From Gammaproteobacteria bacterium (lineage in GTDB: Bacteria > Pseudomonadota > Gammaproteobacteria > Francisellales > CACEW01), in assembly GCA_965662575.1 (NCBI GenBank), contig CBFIHN010000001.1:26852-90851 (forward strand): 64,000 nt of DNA. Direction: 5' to 3'. Shown in pieces: positions 28,599 to 37,389 of this stretch. The stretch's first letter is position 1. Each line of letters starts with the position of its first letter. Under the pieces are notes generated by a model. The model was not told the DNA's origin. It did no database searches and saw only the letters and a list, made by a program, of their open reading frames with translations. A program made the translations under genes and the position numbers.

Positions 28599-29738
28599 TT
28601 AAACACAGCGTATTTGATGAGAATATCGCTTATCTAATGTCTCATCAACGCCTTTAGATTGGATAAAAGTGATATAATAAAAACTAAAAATCATAAAATC
28701 ATAAAATCCTGGAAAAGACAGTGTATCAAAAGCTAGCCTTGCCATTACAATCAAAAATAATATTAGCTCAACCAATTTCAACCGAGAAGACACACGAATA
28801 AACAACAGCAAACACAACAAAATGAAAGGCAGCCCCATGTAATGGAAACCTCTAATAAAAGAATTGTGAGGATTATGATGGAAGGAATTAATCAATGCTG
28901 TATATGGATGTCCAAAAATAAAGTCTGATATATGCCACTGACTCATATCGAAATAACCAGACCAGATGTGGTAGCGAGGGGTCTGTAGACCTTCATGGAA
29001 GTTGCTATGACTGATTGCATCTAGGATATATGAGAAAAAAACAGGCATGCCGACACCAAGCCCAACAATTACAACAACAGCCAAAATGACCTTAACACGG
29101 AAAGTCTGTCGTTTGTATAACAATAATACTGCCAACAAAAACAATACAAAAGCCAAGCCTAAACTACTCCGACCATATGCCAAAAAACACAGGAGCAAAG
29201 TAATAATAATTGAATAAACAGGTAATTTTTTATATACACGGTAATGCAATAAAGCATAAAAGCTCTGAGTTAAAATTAAAATTCCTCCCACCTCATTCCT
29301 ACTACCGTCAACAAAATGTGACAGCAAAAAAGGATTTAACCAAATTTTTTGACTGGATATAAAAAAAATATAGATTAAAGTCATTATGATAAAAGTAGTG
29401 CAAATGGCAAAAGCTAACTGCTTTAGCGCAGGGAGAGAAAAGCCTCGAAATAGCTGTTGGGCAATTAAAAGATTCGCAAAAAATAAAACAGGAAAAACTG
29501 GCTGAGTATAATCATCATATCGCCAGACATTTAAAACAGCGATTAAAACACCTAAGATTGCACATATAAACAGGCTGTCAACGTAGACTTTTTTAGAAAA
29601 ACCAACCAAAAAGGACAACAAAGCAATAACTTCTAAAATCAAAAACAAATTATTGCCTGTAATAGCATACAAAGTAATGCACATAAAATAGCCATAAACA
29701 AAGGCAAGATTCAAATTTAATGCATTAACCCTCAGCAT
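28599..29738 (-). CDS. wzy: O-antigen polymerase/ligase-family membrane protein (Wzy_C-like)
   Basis: 379 aa with ~10 predicted TM segments in an AT-rich gene. A periplasmic-loop motif (HHNPHNSFIRGFHYMGLPF) resembles the Wzy_C signature (H-N-x-[FY]-[IL]...G). Confidence 0.6.
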   Translation of the reverse strand: MLRVNALNLNLAFVYGYFMCITLYAITGNNLFLILEVIALLSFLVGFSKKVYVDSLFICAILGVLIAVLNVWRYDDYTQPVFPVLFFANLLIAQQLFRGFSLPALKQLAFAICTTFIIMTLIYIFFISSQKIWLNPFLLSHFVDGSRNEVGGILILTQSFYALLHYRVYKKLPVYSIIITLLLCFLAYGRSSLGLAFVLFLLAVLLLYKRQTFRVKVILAVVVIVGLGVGMPVFFSYILDAISHSNFHEGLQTPRYHIWSGYFDMSQWHISDFIFGHPYTALINSFHHNPHNSFIRGFHYMGLPFILLCLLLFIRVSSRLKLVELILFLIVMARLAFDTLSFPGFYDFMIFSFYYITFIQSKGVDETLDKRYSHQIRCV

Positions 29739-31084
29739 GACTCTATGCCTTCTAGAAAAGCATCCAATGCATACTCCCAGTTCTTAGCATAAAAATTACC
29801 GCCGGCACTATATGGCTGACTTTGAAAGCTTGCAGAAAGCTCACTACTGCTAAGACCACTTGAAATATCAATTACCTTAACTTTAATACCTTCTCCCGAC
29901 ACCCTAGCAATATCATTGAGGTTACTTGCTAGTACAAAAACTTGCTTGCCAAAACCTAGTGCTTCATAGGCTACTGTAGAAATATAATTGCCACAAATAA
30001 TGATTTTTCTACTTTTTGCAATTGAATGGTAAATATTTCGATCCAAGTCTATCGAAACTGCCGATAGTTCAAAAGCCTGTAGATACAGGTTTTTAACTAT
30101 ATGCATCTCTGAAGGGTGTGGTCTAAATAAAACCTTACTCCGTGGAAAAAGGGTGACCAGCTCATTAAGTAACTGCATAGTTAGCTCTGGCTGAGACGAA
30201 TCAGTAATAAATAAAAAATCATAGCACAACCTTTGCATTTCTGCAGATTCTAATGCTTTTGAAAAGGCTGGGCTACCAATCACACTCAAACTAACGCCAG
30301 TCAAATTCAAATCCCGAGTCCAGAATTCACCGTACAACCAAAAATAATCAGGCAAGGAATGATTACGCGGACTGTGAACATATGCAATATGATCGCTACC
30401 AACATAACCATGCTGGTTCTCTATAAGCTTAATACCCTTATTTCTCGCTACATTAACAAGAGCAAGATTAGTTGCCATTCCATAAGCAATGCAATGAGCA
30501 ACGACAAACTTTGGCTGAAAGTATTTAAAAAGGCTATCATAAAACGCCATTGCCAAAGGTAAACGCTTAATCTCTCTTAGGAGCAATGATTTCAAATCTT
30601 CATAGCAAAGGTCAACTAACCCTTGTTCAACGATATACTGATGCAAATTAACTAAAAAAGATTCCACCTGTCTAATATCATATGACGCTTTTTTAAATAT
30701 CGTCTTTAATACCGACGTAATAGCAATATAATCTGAGCAAAATGCTGGTAGTGAACTTGCATAAAGCTGATAAGATGAGTCTGATGTCGGCATTTCACAC
30801 AGCCCAACACTATACCCTTTGCTAGCTATATGGTGTGCAAAGTCACTATGAAAAATATTTTTTACCCCACCATCTGTATGGATATTACCTGAACGGACGG
30901 GCAAAAATAAAAAATCCAGGTCCATTTTCTTTTTAGGTCTCGATCTATAGGCAGAAATAAACCAACCTAATTTCAAAGGCGACTTTCTGCGCTTTAATCT
31001 CCGCTCAGAAATAACACAGCCCTGCCTCCCTTCTAGAAAAACAAATAGTGTCTCACGCAGCAATGCCCAAAAAGGAAAAAACAT
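29732..31084 (-). CDS. Hypothetical protein; possible GT-B-type glycosyl/nonulosonate transferase
   Basis: 450-aa ORF, with an alternative start at MDLDFLF (30925). It has no TM segments. The C-terminal half has a GT-B-like pattern (LFITDSSQPE, VLFRPHPSE, IICGNYISTVAYEALGFGKQVFVL). I cannot assign a family with confidence. Confidence 0.35.
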   Translation of the reverse strand: MFFPFWALLRETLFVFLEGRQGCVISERRLKRRKSPLKLGWFISAYRSRPKKKMDLDFLFLPVRSGNIHTDGGVKNIFHSDFAHHIASKGYSVGLCEMPTSDSSYQLYASSLPAFCSDYIAITSVLKTIFKKASYDIRQVESFLVNLHQYIVEQGLVDLCYEDLKSLLLREIKRLPLAMAFYDSLFKYFQPKFVVAHCIAYGMATNLALVNVARNKGIKLIENQHGYVGSDHIAYVHSPRNHSLPDYFWLYGEFWTRDLNLTGVSLSVIGSPAFSKALESAEMQRLCYDFLFITDSSQPELTMQLLNELVTLFPRSKVLFRPHPSEMHIVKNLYLQAFELSAVSIDLDRNIYHSIAKSRKIIICGNYISTVAYEALGFGKQVFVLASNLNDIARVSGEGIKVKVIDISSGLSSSELSASFQSQPYSAGGNFYAKNWEYALDAFLEGIESC

Positions 31085-31308
31085 TCCATTATAGTGTAAG
31101 CCCTGAGTATAGATATCTGGCAGCTGATCTAATTGAAAAATTAAGTTCGTTGTCTTTTTGATATCAAACCCGCCCGCAATAAAAAAACACCATACCCCTA
31201 CACTAACCCTAGACTATTACTGTGCAATGAATATATTTGAAGTGAATTGTACTCAGAAACTATATCAAAATCTATCTGGACTTATTCATCATCTTGCTAG
31301 TAAATACT

Positions 31309-32097
31309 TTACGACAAAACAAAACCATCATCGACTATCATATTCTGACCATTTACAAACTGGCTCGCACCGCTTAGCAAATACAATAAAGTTCCGGTTA
31401 AATCATCAGCCTGCAGCATGCCTTTGCTTAAACACTCCTTATTATAAGCCTCAATAAATTCAGCTGGTTGTCCATTCTCCACCCCGCCTGGACTAATGGC
31501 ATTAACGCGAATATTCAAGCTCTTAAAGTACTTAGCCATATACTTAGTCAAATGAATAACGCCGGCTTTAATCGCCGCATATTCAACGGGCATCGTCATT
31601 GGAGTGCCTTGATAAATTTCAAACTTTGGCGCAATAACACCATAAATTGAGGCAACATTAACAATATTACCGTAACCTTGGTGTTTGAAATATTGCGCAA
31701 AGCTTTGGGAAGTTAAAAAATATCCACCTAAGTTCATACTCAAATTTTCAGTAAAGCTATGGTAATCGACACTGAAAAAATCTTTGCCGTAATCTTTATT
31801 ACGCGGGTAGGCATTATTAACCAAAGCATCGATGCGACCATATTTACCATCCAAATAAACTATAGCATTATTTAAAGTCTCTTGGCTGGTAATATCCAAA
31901 ACAACATCGTCGACCTGCAATTCAGCATTTTGCTCTAACAATTCTTTACAAACTTGCTTGTTTCTGTGCGCGTCGATATCAGCAATTACGGCAACTGCAC
32001 CTTGCTCAGAAACTGCTTTAATAAAGGCCTGACCAATTAATCCAGCCCCACCAGTTACAACAATCACTTTATTTTCTAACATTGTCATAAAAATCAC
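31309..32097 (-). CDS. Short-chain dehydrogenase/reductase (PtmA-like)
   Basis: 262 aa. Cofactor motif VTGGAGLIGQA and catalytic YAAIKAG. Candidate starts are GTG 32097 (GTGA overlap with the upstream stop), ATG 32088 and ATG 32082. Last gene of the operon. Confidence 0.75.
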   Translation of the reverse strand: MIFMTMLENKVIVVTGGAGLIGQAFIKAVSEQGAVAVIADIDAHRNKQVCKELLEQNAELQVDDVVLDITSQETLNNAIVYLDGKYGRIDALVNNAYPRNKDYGKDFFSVDYHSFTENLSMNLGGYFLTSQSFAQYFKHQGYGNIVNVASIYGVIAPKFEIYQGTPMTMPVEYAAIKAGVIHLTKYMAKYFKSLNIRVNAISPGGVENGQPAEFIEAYNKECLSKGMLQADDLTGTLLYLLSGASQFVNGQNMIVDDGFVLS

Positions 32098-32879
32098 TCA
32101 AAAAATTGTTGGTACAATTGCTCACGCCGATCAACAAAGGTATTAAATTTTTCTTGATAATCACTTGTCCATGATTGATCAATGTCAAACAACTTCAAGT
32201 CTTCCCTCTGTTCGCAGGGCAACAAATCGCCATTGGCATTAAATGCCACACTGCTTTCTTGGTAACTCAAGCCATTACCATCAGTGCCAGTACGATTGAC
32301 GCCAATAATGTACTTTTGGTTTTCAATTGCACGAGCTTTTAAAAGGCTTAACCAATGGTCAACTCGTTTTTCTGGCCAATTAGCAATATTAATAATTGCA
32401 TCACAACGCTTAGCTAATGCCGAATATAATTCAGGAAATCTGAGATCATAACAAATGGTCAAACCAATATGAAAACCATCAAGCTCAATAACAACTAGTC
32501 GATCTCCTGCTGTATAAACTTTGTCTTCACCCAACAATGAAAATGGGTGGATTTTAGAATATATTTCCTGCAACTGACCAAACTTATTAATAATGCAAAA
32601 ACTATTAAATATGCCTTGGGGATCTTTCAATATCACACCAAAAGCGATAGCAACCTTATGCTGCAAGGCGAGTTTGGTAAAAGCCTGAATGGTCTCACTG
32701 GTAGCTTTAGGCTCAGCAAGAGCTTCTGCATTCATTGAAAAACCTGTTAAGGTCATTTCAGGAAAAATCACCATATCAGCGCCCAACTCAGCGGCATCAG
32801 CTATATAGTGTCGACATTGCTTAAGATTTTGAGTTTTATCTTCCCAGAGCTGATCAAGTGAAATCAGTGCGATTTTCAT
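32094..32879 (-). CDS. Carbon-nitrogen hydrolase family protein (nitrilase/amidase superfamily)
   Basis: 261 aa. The E-K-C triad contexts are recognisable: FPEMTLTG (Glu), YSKIHPF (Lys) and LTICYDLRFPE (Cys). Confidence 0.75.
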   Translation of the reverse strand: MKIALISLDQLWEDKTQNLKQCRHYIADAAELGADMVIFPEMTLTGFSMNAEALAEPKATSETIQAFTKLALQHKVAIAFGVILKDPQGIFNSFCIINKFGQLQEIYSKIHPFSLLGEDKVYTAGDRLVVIELDGFHIGLTICYDLRFPELYSALAKRCDAIINIANWPEKRVDHWLSLLKARAIENQKYIIGVNRTGTDGNGLSYQESSVAFNANGDLLPCEQREDLKLFDIDQSWTSDYQEKFNTFVDRREQLYQQFFE

Positions 32880-33541
32880 TTATCAGCACCAAAAATATCT
32901 TTAGCAACATTATAACGACTTGGCTTAACAAGCTCTGAAGGCGTACTGCCAAGAACAACTCGATTGCACTCAATATTTTTTGAAACGATAGCACTACCTG
33001 CACCAAAAATAACATTATCACCAATAGTGCAGTCACCGATGATCGATGACTTACTGTATAGCATAACACCCGAGCCAAAGGTTGGATATTTGCCATCTAG
33101 CTTCGAACCAATAGTGCAGTTCTGGTATACCACAAAATAATCACCATATTGCGCATTACCTAGCACGGTGCCAAGCGGATGAACAAATAGAAAAATATCT
33201 GGCAACTTCACTTTATAAAAAGCGTCAATACCATGCAAATATTTATTAAGCAAAAATACTTTTGCCGCTAAACCTTCATTACTTGTTTCTAACCAGATGC
33301 AATGGCTTAGCAGATACAAAAGCATTGCATAATGGTCGCCATTTAAGTGATTAAATAGAAAGTCTTTACCATCATAAAAGTAAGGTCGTTTAATATGCCG
33401 AAAACAAAACTCTAGTCGCTCTAGAGCTAGCTTAAAACCTAAGTCAAAGTCAGAGTTGTTCAATAGATTGTCGGGGAAAAAAATACTTATTTGTTTTCTC
33501 ACATAAAGCTTCAATTGCTCGGTGCTTAAACTAAAAATCAT
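32876..33541 (-). CDS. Left-handed beta-helix acyltransferase (serine-acetyltransferase-like)
   Basis: 221 aa. A helical N-domain, then IHPLGTVLG-type and hexapeptide repeats (GSGVMLYSKSSIIGDCTIGDNVIFGAGS). Confidence 0.7.
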   Translation of the reverse strand: MIFSLSTEQLKLYVRKQISIFFPDNLLNNSDFDLGFKLALERLEFCFRHIKRPYFYDGKDFLFNHLNGDHYAMLLYLLSHCIWLETSNEGLAAKVFLLNKYLHGIDAFYKVKLPDIFLFVHPLGTVLGNAQYGDYFVVYQNCTIGSKLDGKYPTFGSGVMLYSKSSIIGDCTIGDNVIFGAGSAIVSKNIECNRVVLGSTPSELVKPSRYNVAKDIFGADK

Positions 33542-34314
33542 TAGACTAACTTAGTTTTTTTTAAACTTTTGACCGGCACGCCTCGGCTCGCCAGATAAGC
33601 CGCTGCGCGAGTGGGATTATTATCACCAAAATGATACAAGCTACCAATAGCTACCGCATGAGCGCCTGCTTGAAAAGCAGCATACAAATGGTCAAAATTC
33701 CCTGCGCCGCCAGAAATAATCACCGGTATCCTCACCTGAGCAGCCATTTCTGTTAGCAATGCAATATCATAGCCTTGCTTAGTGCCGTCATGATCTATTG
33801 AAGTCAATAAAATTTCACCTGCACCATGAGCTTCGAGTTGTCGCACATGGACATCCAAATTTACTGACTCACAAACATGTCCTGATGCTGAATAAACTTT
33901 ATAGCTGCCATTTTCTTGCCTCACATCAACACCACAAACTATACATTGTTTGCCAAACTTCTTTGATGCTTGCTGAATAAAATCATAATTATTGGTTGCG
34001 GCTGAAGTAATCACTACTTTGTCAGCACCTGACTGAAGTAGTTTTCTAATCTGCTCCAGAGTTTTTATACCGCCACCAACAGTTAAAGGAATAAAACATT
34101 CTTTTGCGACTTTCTCTATTAGATGATGATCAAACTCACTGTTTTTAGCTGTCGCTTCTATATCTAAAAAAACCAATTCATCGACATTATGCGAATTGTA
34201 GATTCTTGCTTGCGAAACCGGGTCACCTGTATCTCGATACTGACTAAATAATTTGCCTTTAACCATTCGCCCCTGCTTTAATAGCAAAATTGGAATAATT
34301 CGCTTCTTCAACAT
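33541..34314 (-). CDS. HisF-like cyclase/ammonia-channel subunit of a glycan amidotransferase (WbuZ-like)
   Basis: 257 aa (beta/alpha)8 protein. RIIPILLLKQGRMVKG at the N-terminus and GADKV/SGGAG phosphate-binding motifs. Paired with a HisH-like gene inside a glycan operon rather than a his operon. Confidence 0.8.
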   Translation of the reverse strand: MLKKRIIPILLLKQGRMVKGKLFSQYRDTGDPVSQARIYNSHNVDELVFLDIEATAKNSEFDHHLIEKVAKECFIPLTVGGGIKTLEQIRKLLQSGADKVVITSAATNNYDFIQQASKKFGKQCIVCGVDVRQENGSYKVYSASGHVCESVNLDVHVRQLEAHGAGEILLTSIDHDGTKQGYDIALLTEMAAQVRIPVIISGGAGNFDHLYAAFQAGAHAVAIGSLYHFGDNNPTRAAAYLASRGVPVKSLKKTKLV

Positions 34315-34320
34315 AGACCC

Positions 34321-34929
34321 TTACTCACCCTCACAAAAATTCTCTATAATGGATAAGCCCGCCTCATGGCTTTTCTCAGGGTGGAACTGCACACCCAATA
34401 CATTGCCTTTAGCTACCGTTGAAATGAATTCATTACCATAACCGGTAACGGTAACTACCGAGGAATTGTCTTGCGGTACAAAATGGTAAGAATGAACAAA
34501 ATAAACGTCTGATCCATCTAAATTTTTGCCAACCACAGGATGGTCACATATTAAGCGCATATCATTCCAGCCAACATGTGGAACAGCAAGTGGCACAACC
34601 TCCAGTGGCTTAACCTCACCAGATATAATATCAAGCCCATCATGTTCTCCGTGCTCATAGCCTTTTGTTGCCAAAAGCTGCATGCCCAAGCAAATACCTA
34701 AATAATCACGCCCTTGCTCAACATGCCTCAGAATAGCCTGGTCTAAGCCTTTTTCTTTTAGGTTATTCATCGCAACACCAAACGCACCGACACCTGGTAC
34801 AATCAATTTTTCTATACCATCTAATTGTGCCGCCTGGTCGACCACCTCATAATCGAACCCAAGATATTCTAAGACGTTAACGACAGATGCAATATTACCC
34901 ATGCCATAGTCTAGCAAACCTATAGTCAT
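34321..34929 (-). CDS. HisH-like class-I glutamine amidotransferase subunit (WbuY-like)
   Basis: 202 aa. GMGNIASV, the catalytic Cys in GICLGMQLL and a C-terminal HPE. Confidence 0.8.
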   Translation of the reverse strand: MTIGLLDYGMGNIASVVNVLEYLGFDYEVVDQAAQLDGIEKLIVPGVGAFGVAMNNLKEKGLDQAILRHVEQGRDYLGICLGMQLLATKGYEHGEHDGLDIISGEVKPLEVVPLAVPHVGWNDMRLICDHPVVGKNLDGSDVYFVHSYHFVPQDNSSVVTVTGYGNEFISTVAKGNVLGVQFHPEKSHEAGLSIIENFCEGE

Positions 34930-36083
34930 TTATTTTGCTCTCGATACCACTGTGCAAAGTCCCATAATTTTTCGGCATCTTCTGTTTTACTGAAGTCATG
35001 TTCATAAGGTGCAATCTGATGTTCTTTTAGAATTTTATTAAACTCTTCCTCGGTCATCTCTAAATACTCTAGCAGAATATCTAAAGATGGCGGGCGCTTG
35101 CCTTCTTTTTTAACGAGCTCTTTTGCTGTTTCTGTTGTCATCCGGTCATTCCGAATATCAAATGCCGCAATCTGCGAAACTCGAGAGTAACCACGCTTAG
35201 TAAACTTAATATAATCTCTTGGGCCTTGCATAAAACATTCTATTTTTTCACAACTACTGTTACAACCTGTTGGCACACCTTCTAATTCGTCAGATTTCCA
35301 ACCCAACTCACGCATAATAACTTTGGTTTGTTCCACGTGGTCCCAGGGAATAAAACTGCCCAATGTTAACGGCAATAATTTAACACGACGAATATCCTTA
35401 CGACTTGGGTAGGTGTAGGGCATCAAGTCACGACGGTCAATAGGATGTTCTTCACTATTAATCATGCCATACATGTCATCGGCGGATATACCCAAGTTTC
35501 TCACTAAGTTAAATTTACGCTCATCTTCATAATCCATCGCATCATTGAGATAGTCATAATAGGCAGAAAATTCAGCCAACGGCTCGCCATAAAAAATCAG
35601 TGGCACATTAAATTTAATCCCTAACTGCAGTGGGTAGGAATAAATCCCCGTATGGCAATGCCAACAAAAGTCCGTTTTGCGGATAAATGCCTCTTTCATC
35701 AAGCGCTTAACCACATGCCAGTTAGGCGTAAACTCAATAACATCAACCCCAAGCCTTTTAAATGTCCGCTCATTATTTTTCTCAATTGTCGGACGCATAA
35801 AACCGTGATTAAAACGCACAACCAAGGGCTTTAACTTATATTCTTTCATCAGGTAATAGAGCTGAAAAGTGCTATCCTTACCACCACTAAATGGCACAAT
35901 ACAATCATAATCATATTGGCCCCTATGCTTTTCAATTAAGTCGTCGAGTAATTTTTTGCGCGCATCCCAGTCAATATTTTTCTTATGCTCAGCAGAGCGA
36001 CATATATTGCAAACACCATTACTATCAAACTCAATGGTTTCATAGGTTTCTGGCAGCAAACACTTTTCACATCGACGCAACAT
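34926..36083 (-). CDS. N-acetyl-sugar amidotransferase (WbuX/WbpG/PseA family, PP-loop ATP pyrophosphatase)
   Basis: The preferred start is MLRRCEKCLLPETYETIEFDSNGVCNIC (36083). It has a zinc ribbon plus PP-loop VPFSGGKDS. The longer ORF-track start (36137) would overlap the upstream gene by 41 nt. Confidence 0.8.
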   Translation of the reverse strand: MLRRCEKCLLPETYETIEFDSNGVCNICRSAEHKKNIDWDARKKLLDDLIEKHRGQYDYDCIVPFSGGKDSTFQLYYLMKEYKLKPLVVRFNHGFMRPTIEKNNERTFKRLGVDVIEFTPNWHVVKRLMKEAFIRKTDFCWHCHTGIYSYPLQLGIKFNVPLIFYGEPLAEFSAYYDYLNDAMDYEDERKFNLVRNLGISADDMYGMINSEEHPIDRRDLMPYTYPSRKDIRRVKLLPLTLGSFIPWDHVEQTKVIMRELGWKSDELEGVPTGCNSSCEKIECFMQGPRDYIKFTKRGYSRVSQIAAFDIRNDRMTTETAKELVKKEGKRPPSLDILLEYLEMTEEEFNKILKEHQIAPYEHDFSKTEDAEKLWDFAQWYREQNK

Positions 36084-36096
36084 AATTACTTTTACC

Positions 36097-37389
36097 TCAA
36101 TTAAACTTTCTAAAGACCGGACGAATAGTATCGCCAATCAAATACGATTCATAGCCCTCTGTTAAAGCTTTTTTATAGATGGGGAACACTTTGTGCAAAG
36201 CCGCCTTAGTCAGCTCCAACTCTCGCTCACCATGACTGAAAGAAAGCGCAATCCATGGCATCAAGACATTGGCTTTAATCATTTCTTGTGAAAACAATGT
36301 GCGCAAACCCAAACAGTTATCACCGGCTTCATTTCGCGTTATATAATAAGGACTACAAGCAATACCACCCGCATGGAAACTTTGCCCTAAGCCATGCTCC
36401 CTCGCACAAGCATTCATTAACTCGATTAACTGTCCTCCATATTTCCACAAATGCGGAATAACTTTACCCTCTTGTAAAATTTCCATGGTTTTAATAAAAG
36501 CACCTAAACCACACATTTCTGCGCCATGAGTAGTTGAAAGCAAAAACACTCGTTCACGCCCTTCAAACTCAATACTACCTAGCTCCATAATTTCACGCTT
36601 TCCAGCAACAGCAGCAACAGAAAAACCATTAGCCATTGCCTTACCAAAAGTACACAGGTCAGACTCTATATCATAATAATGTTGCGCGCCTTTTAGGTGC
36701 CAACGAAAACCTGTAATCATTTCATCCAAAATAAAAACAGCACCATTTTTATGGCATAGTTCTTTAACCTTATGCAAAAATTGGTCTTTTGGATGCTCAG
36801 TAACTGACGGCTCTAAAATAACGGCTGCGATTTTGTTGGGGCATTGATCAAATAATGCCTCTAGACTCTGCAAATCGTTATACGAGAATACTTTTGTCGT
36901 TGTGATATCTTTTTCCAGCACTCCTTTTTGGATTGGCGTCGAGCCAATAAACCAGTCGTCATAACTAAAAAATGGGTGATCATGGCAACGGACAACCATT
37001 TCTCGACCTGTATATGCACGCGCCAACTTAATTGCTGCAGTTGTTGCAGTTGAGCCATTTTTAGTAAATTTCACCATATCGACAGAATCTATTAAGTCCA
37101 CTAGCAACTCAGCTGCTTCAAGCTCTACCATACTGGGGCGAGTTAGGTTATTACCTTTCTCTATCTGTGCAATAGCTGCTTGATTCACCTGCTCATTTGC
37201 ATAACCTAAGTTTACTGCGCGCAGTGCCATACCATAATCCAAAAATTCTCGACCTTTTGGATCATATACATAGGCACCATTGCCTTTATCCAAAATTTGC
37301 GGCGCATTCTCAGGGTATTGGTCAAAACCACGAGAATAAGTATGCGCACCGCCAGGAATTACATTTAAAAGACGACCTTGATAATTCAT
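36097..37389 (-). CDS. Class-III PLP aminotransferase (glutamate-1-semialdehyde aminomutase-like)
   Basis: 430 aa. GGAHTYSRG at the N-terminus, DEMITGFR and Lys context TFGKAMANGF. Confidence 0.75.
   Translation of the reverse strand: MNYQGRLLNVIPGGAHTYSRGFDQYPENAPQILDKGNGAYVYDPKGREFLDYGMALRAVNLGYANEQVNQAAIAQIEKGNNLTRPSMVELEAAELLVDLIDSVDMVKFTKNGSTATTAAIKLARAYTGREMVVRCHDHPFFSYDDWFIGSTPIQKGVLEKDITTTKVFSYNDLQSLEALFDQCPNKIAAVILEPSVTEHPKDQFLHKVKELCHKNGAVFILDEMITGFRWHLKGAQHYYDIESDLCTFGKAMANGFSVAAVAGKREIMELGSIEFEGRERVFLLSTTHGAEMCGLGAFIKTMEILQEGKVIPHLWKYGGQLIELMNACAREHGLGQSFHAGGIACSPYYITRNEAGDNCLGLRTLFSQEMIKANVLMPWIALSFSHGERELELTKAALHKVFPIYKKALTEGYESYLIGDTIRPVFRKFN

Noticed and set aside
31156-31167. 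Perfect 12-bp palindrome TTTGATATCAAA in the module A/B spacer
   Set aside because: A single short AT-rich palindrome is expected by chance in AT-rich intergenic DNA. It has no second copy and no associated regulator gene. It is noted only as a possible operator.
31158-31457. 99-aa plus-strand ORF in the spacer between the 450-aa ORF and the SDR gene
   Set aside because: Half of it overlaps the SDR gene's 3' end in antisense. It has no start context and its composition is that of AT-rich intergenic DNA. The region is better treated as a promoter or module-boundary spacer.
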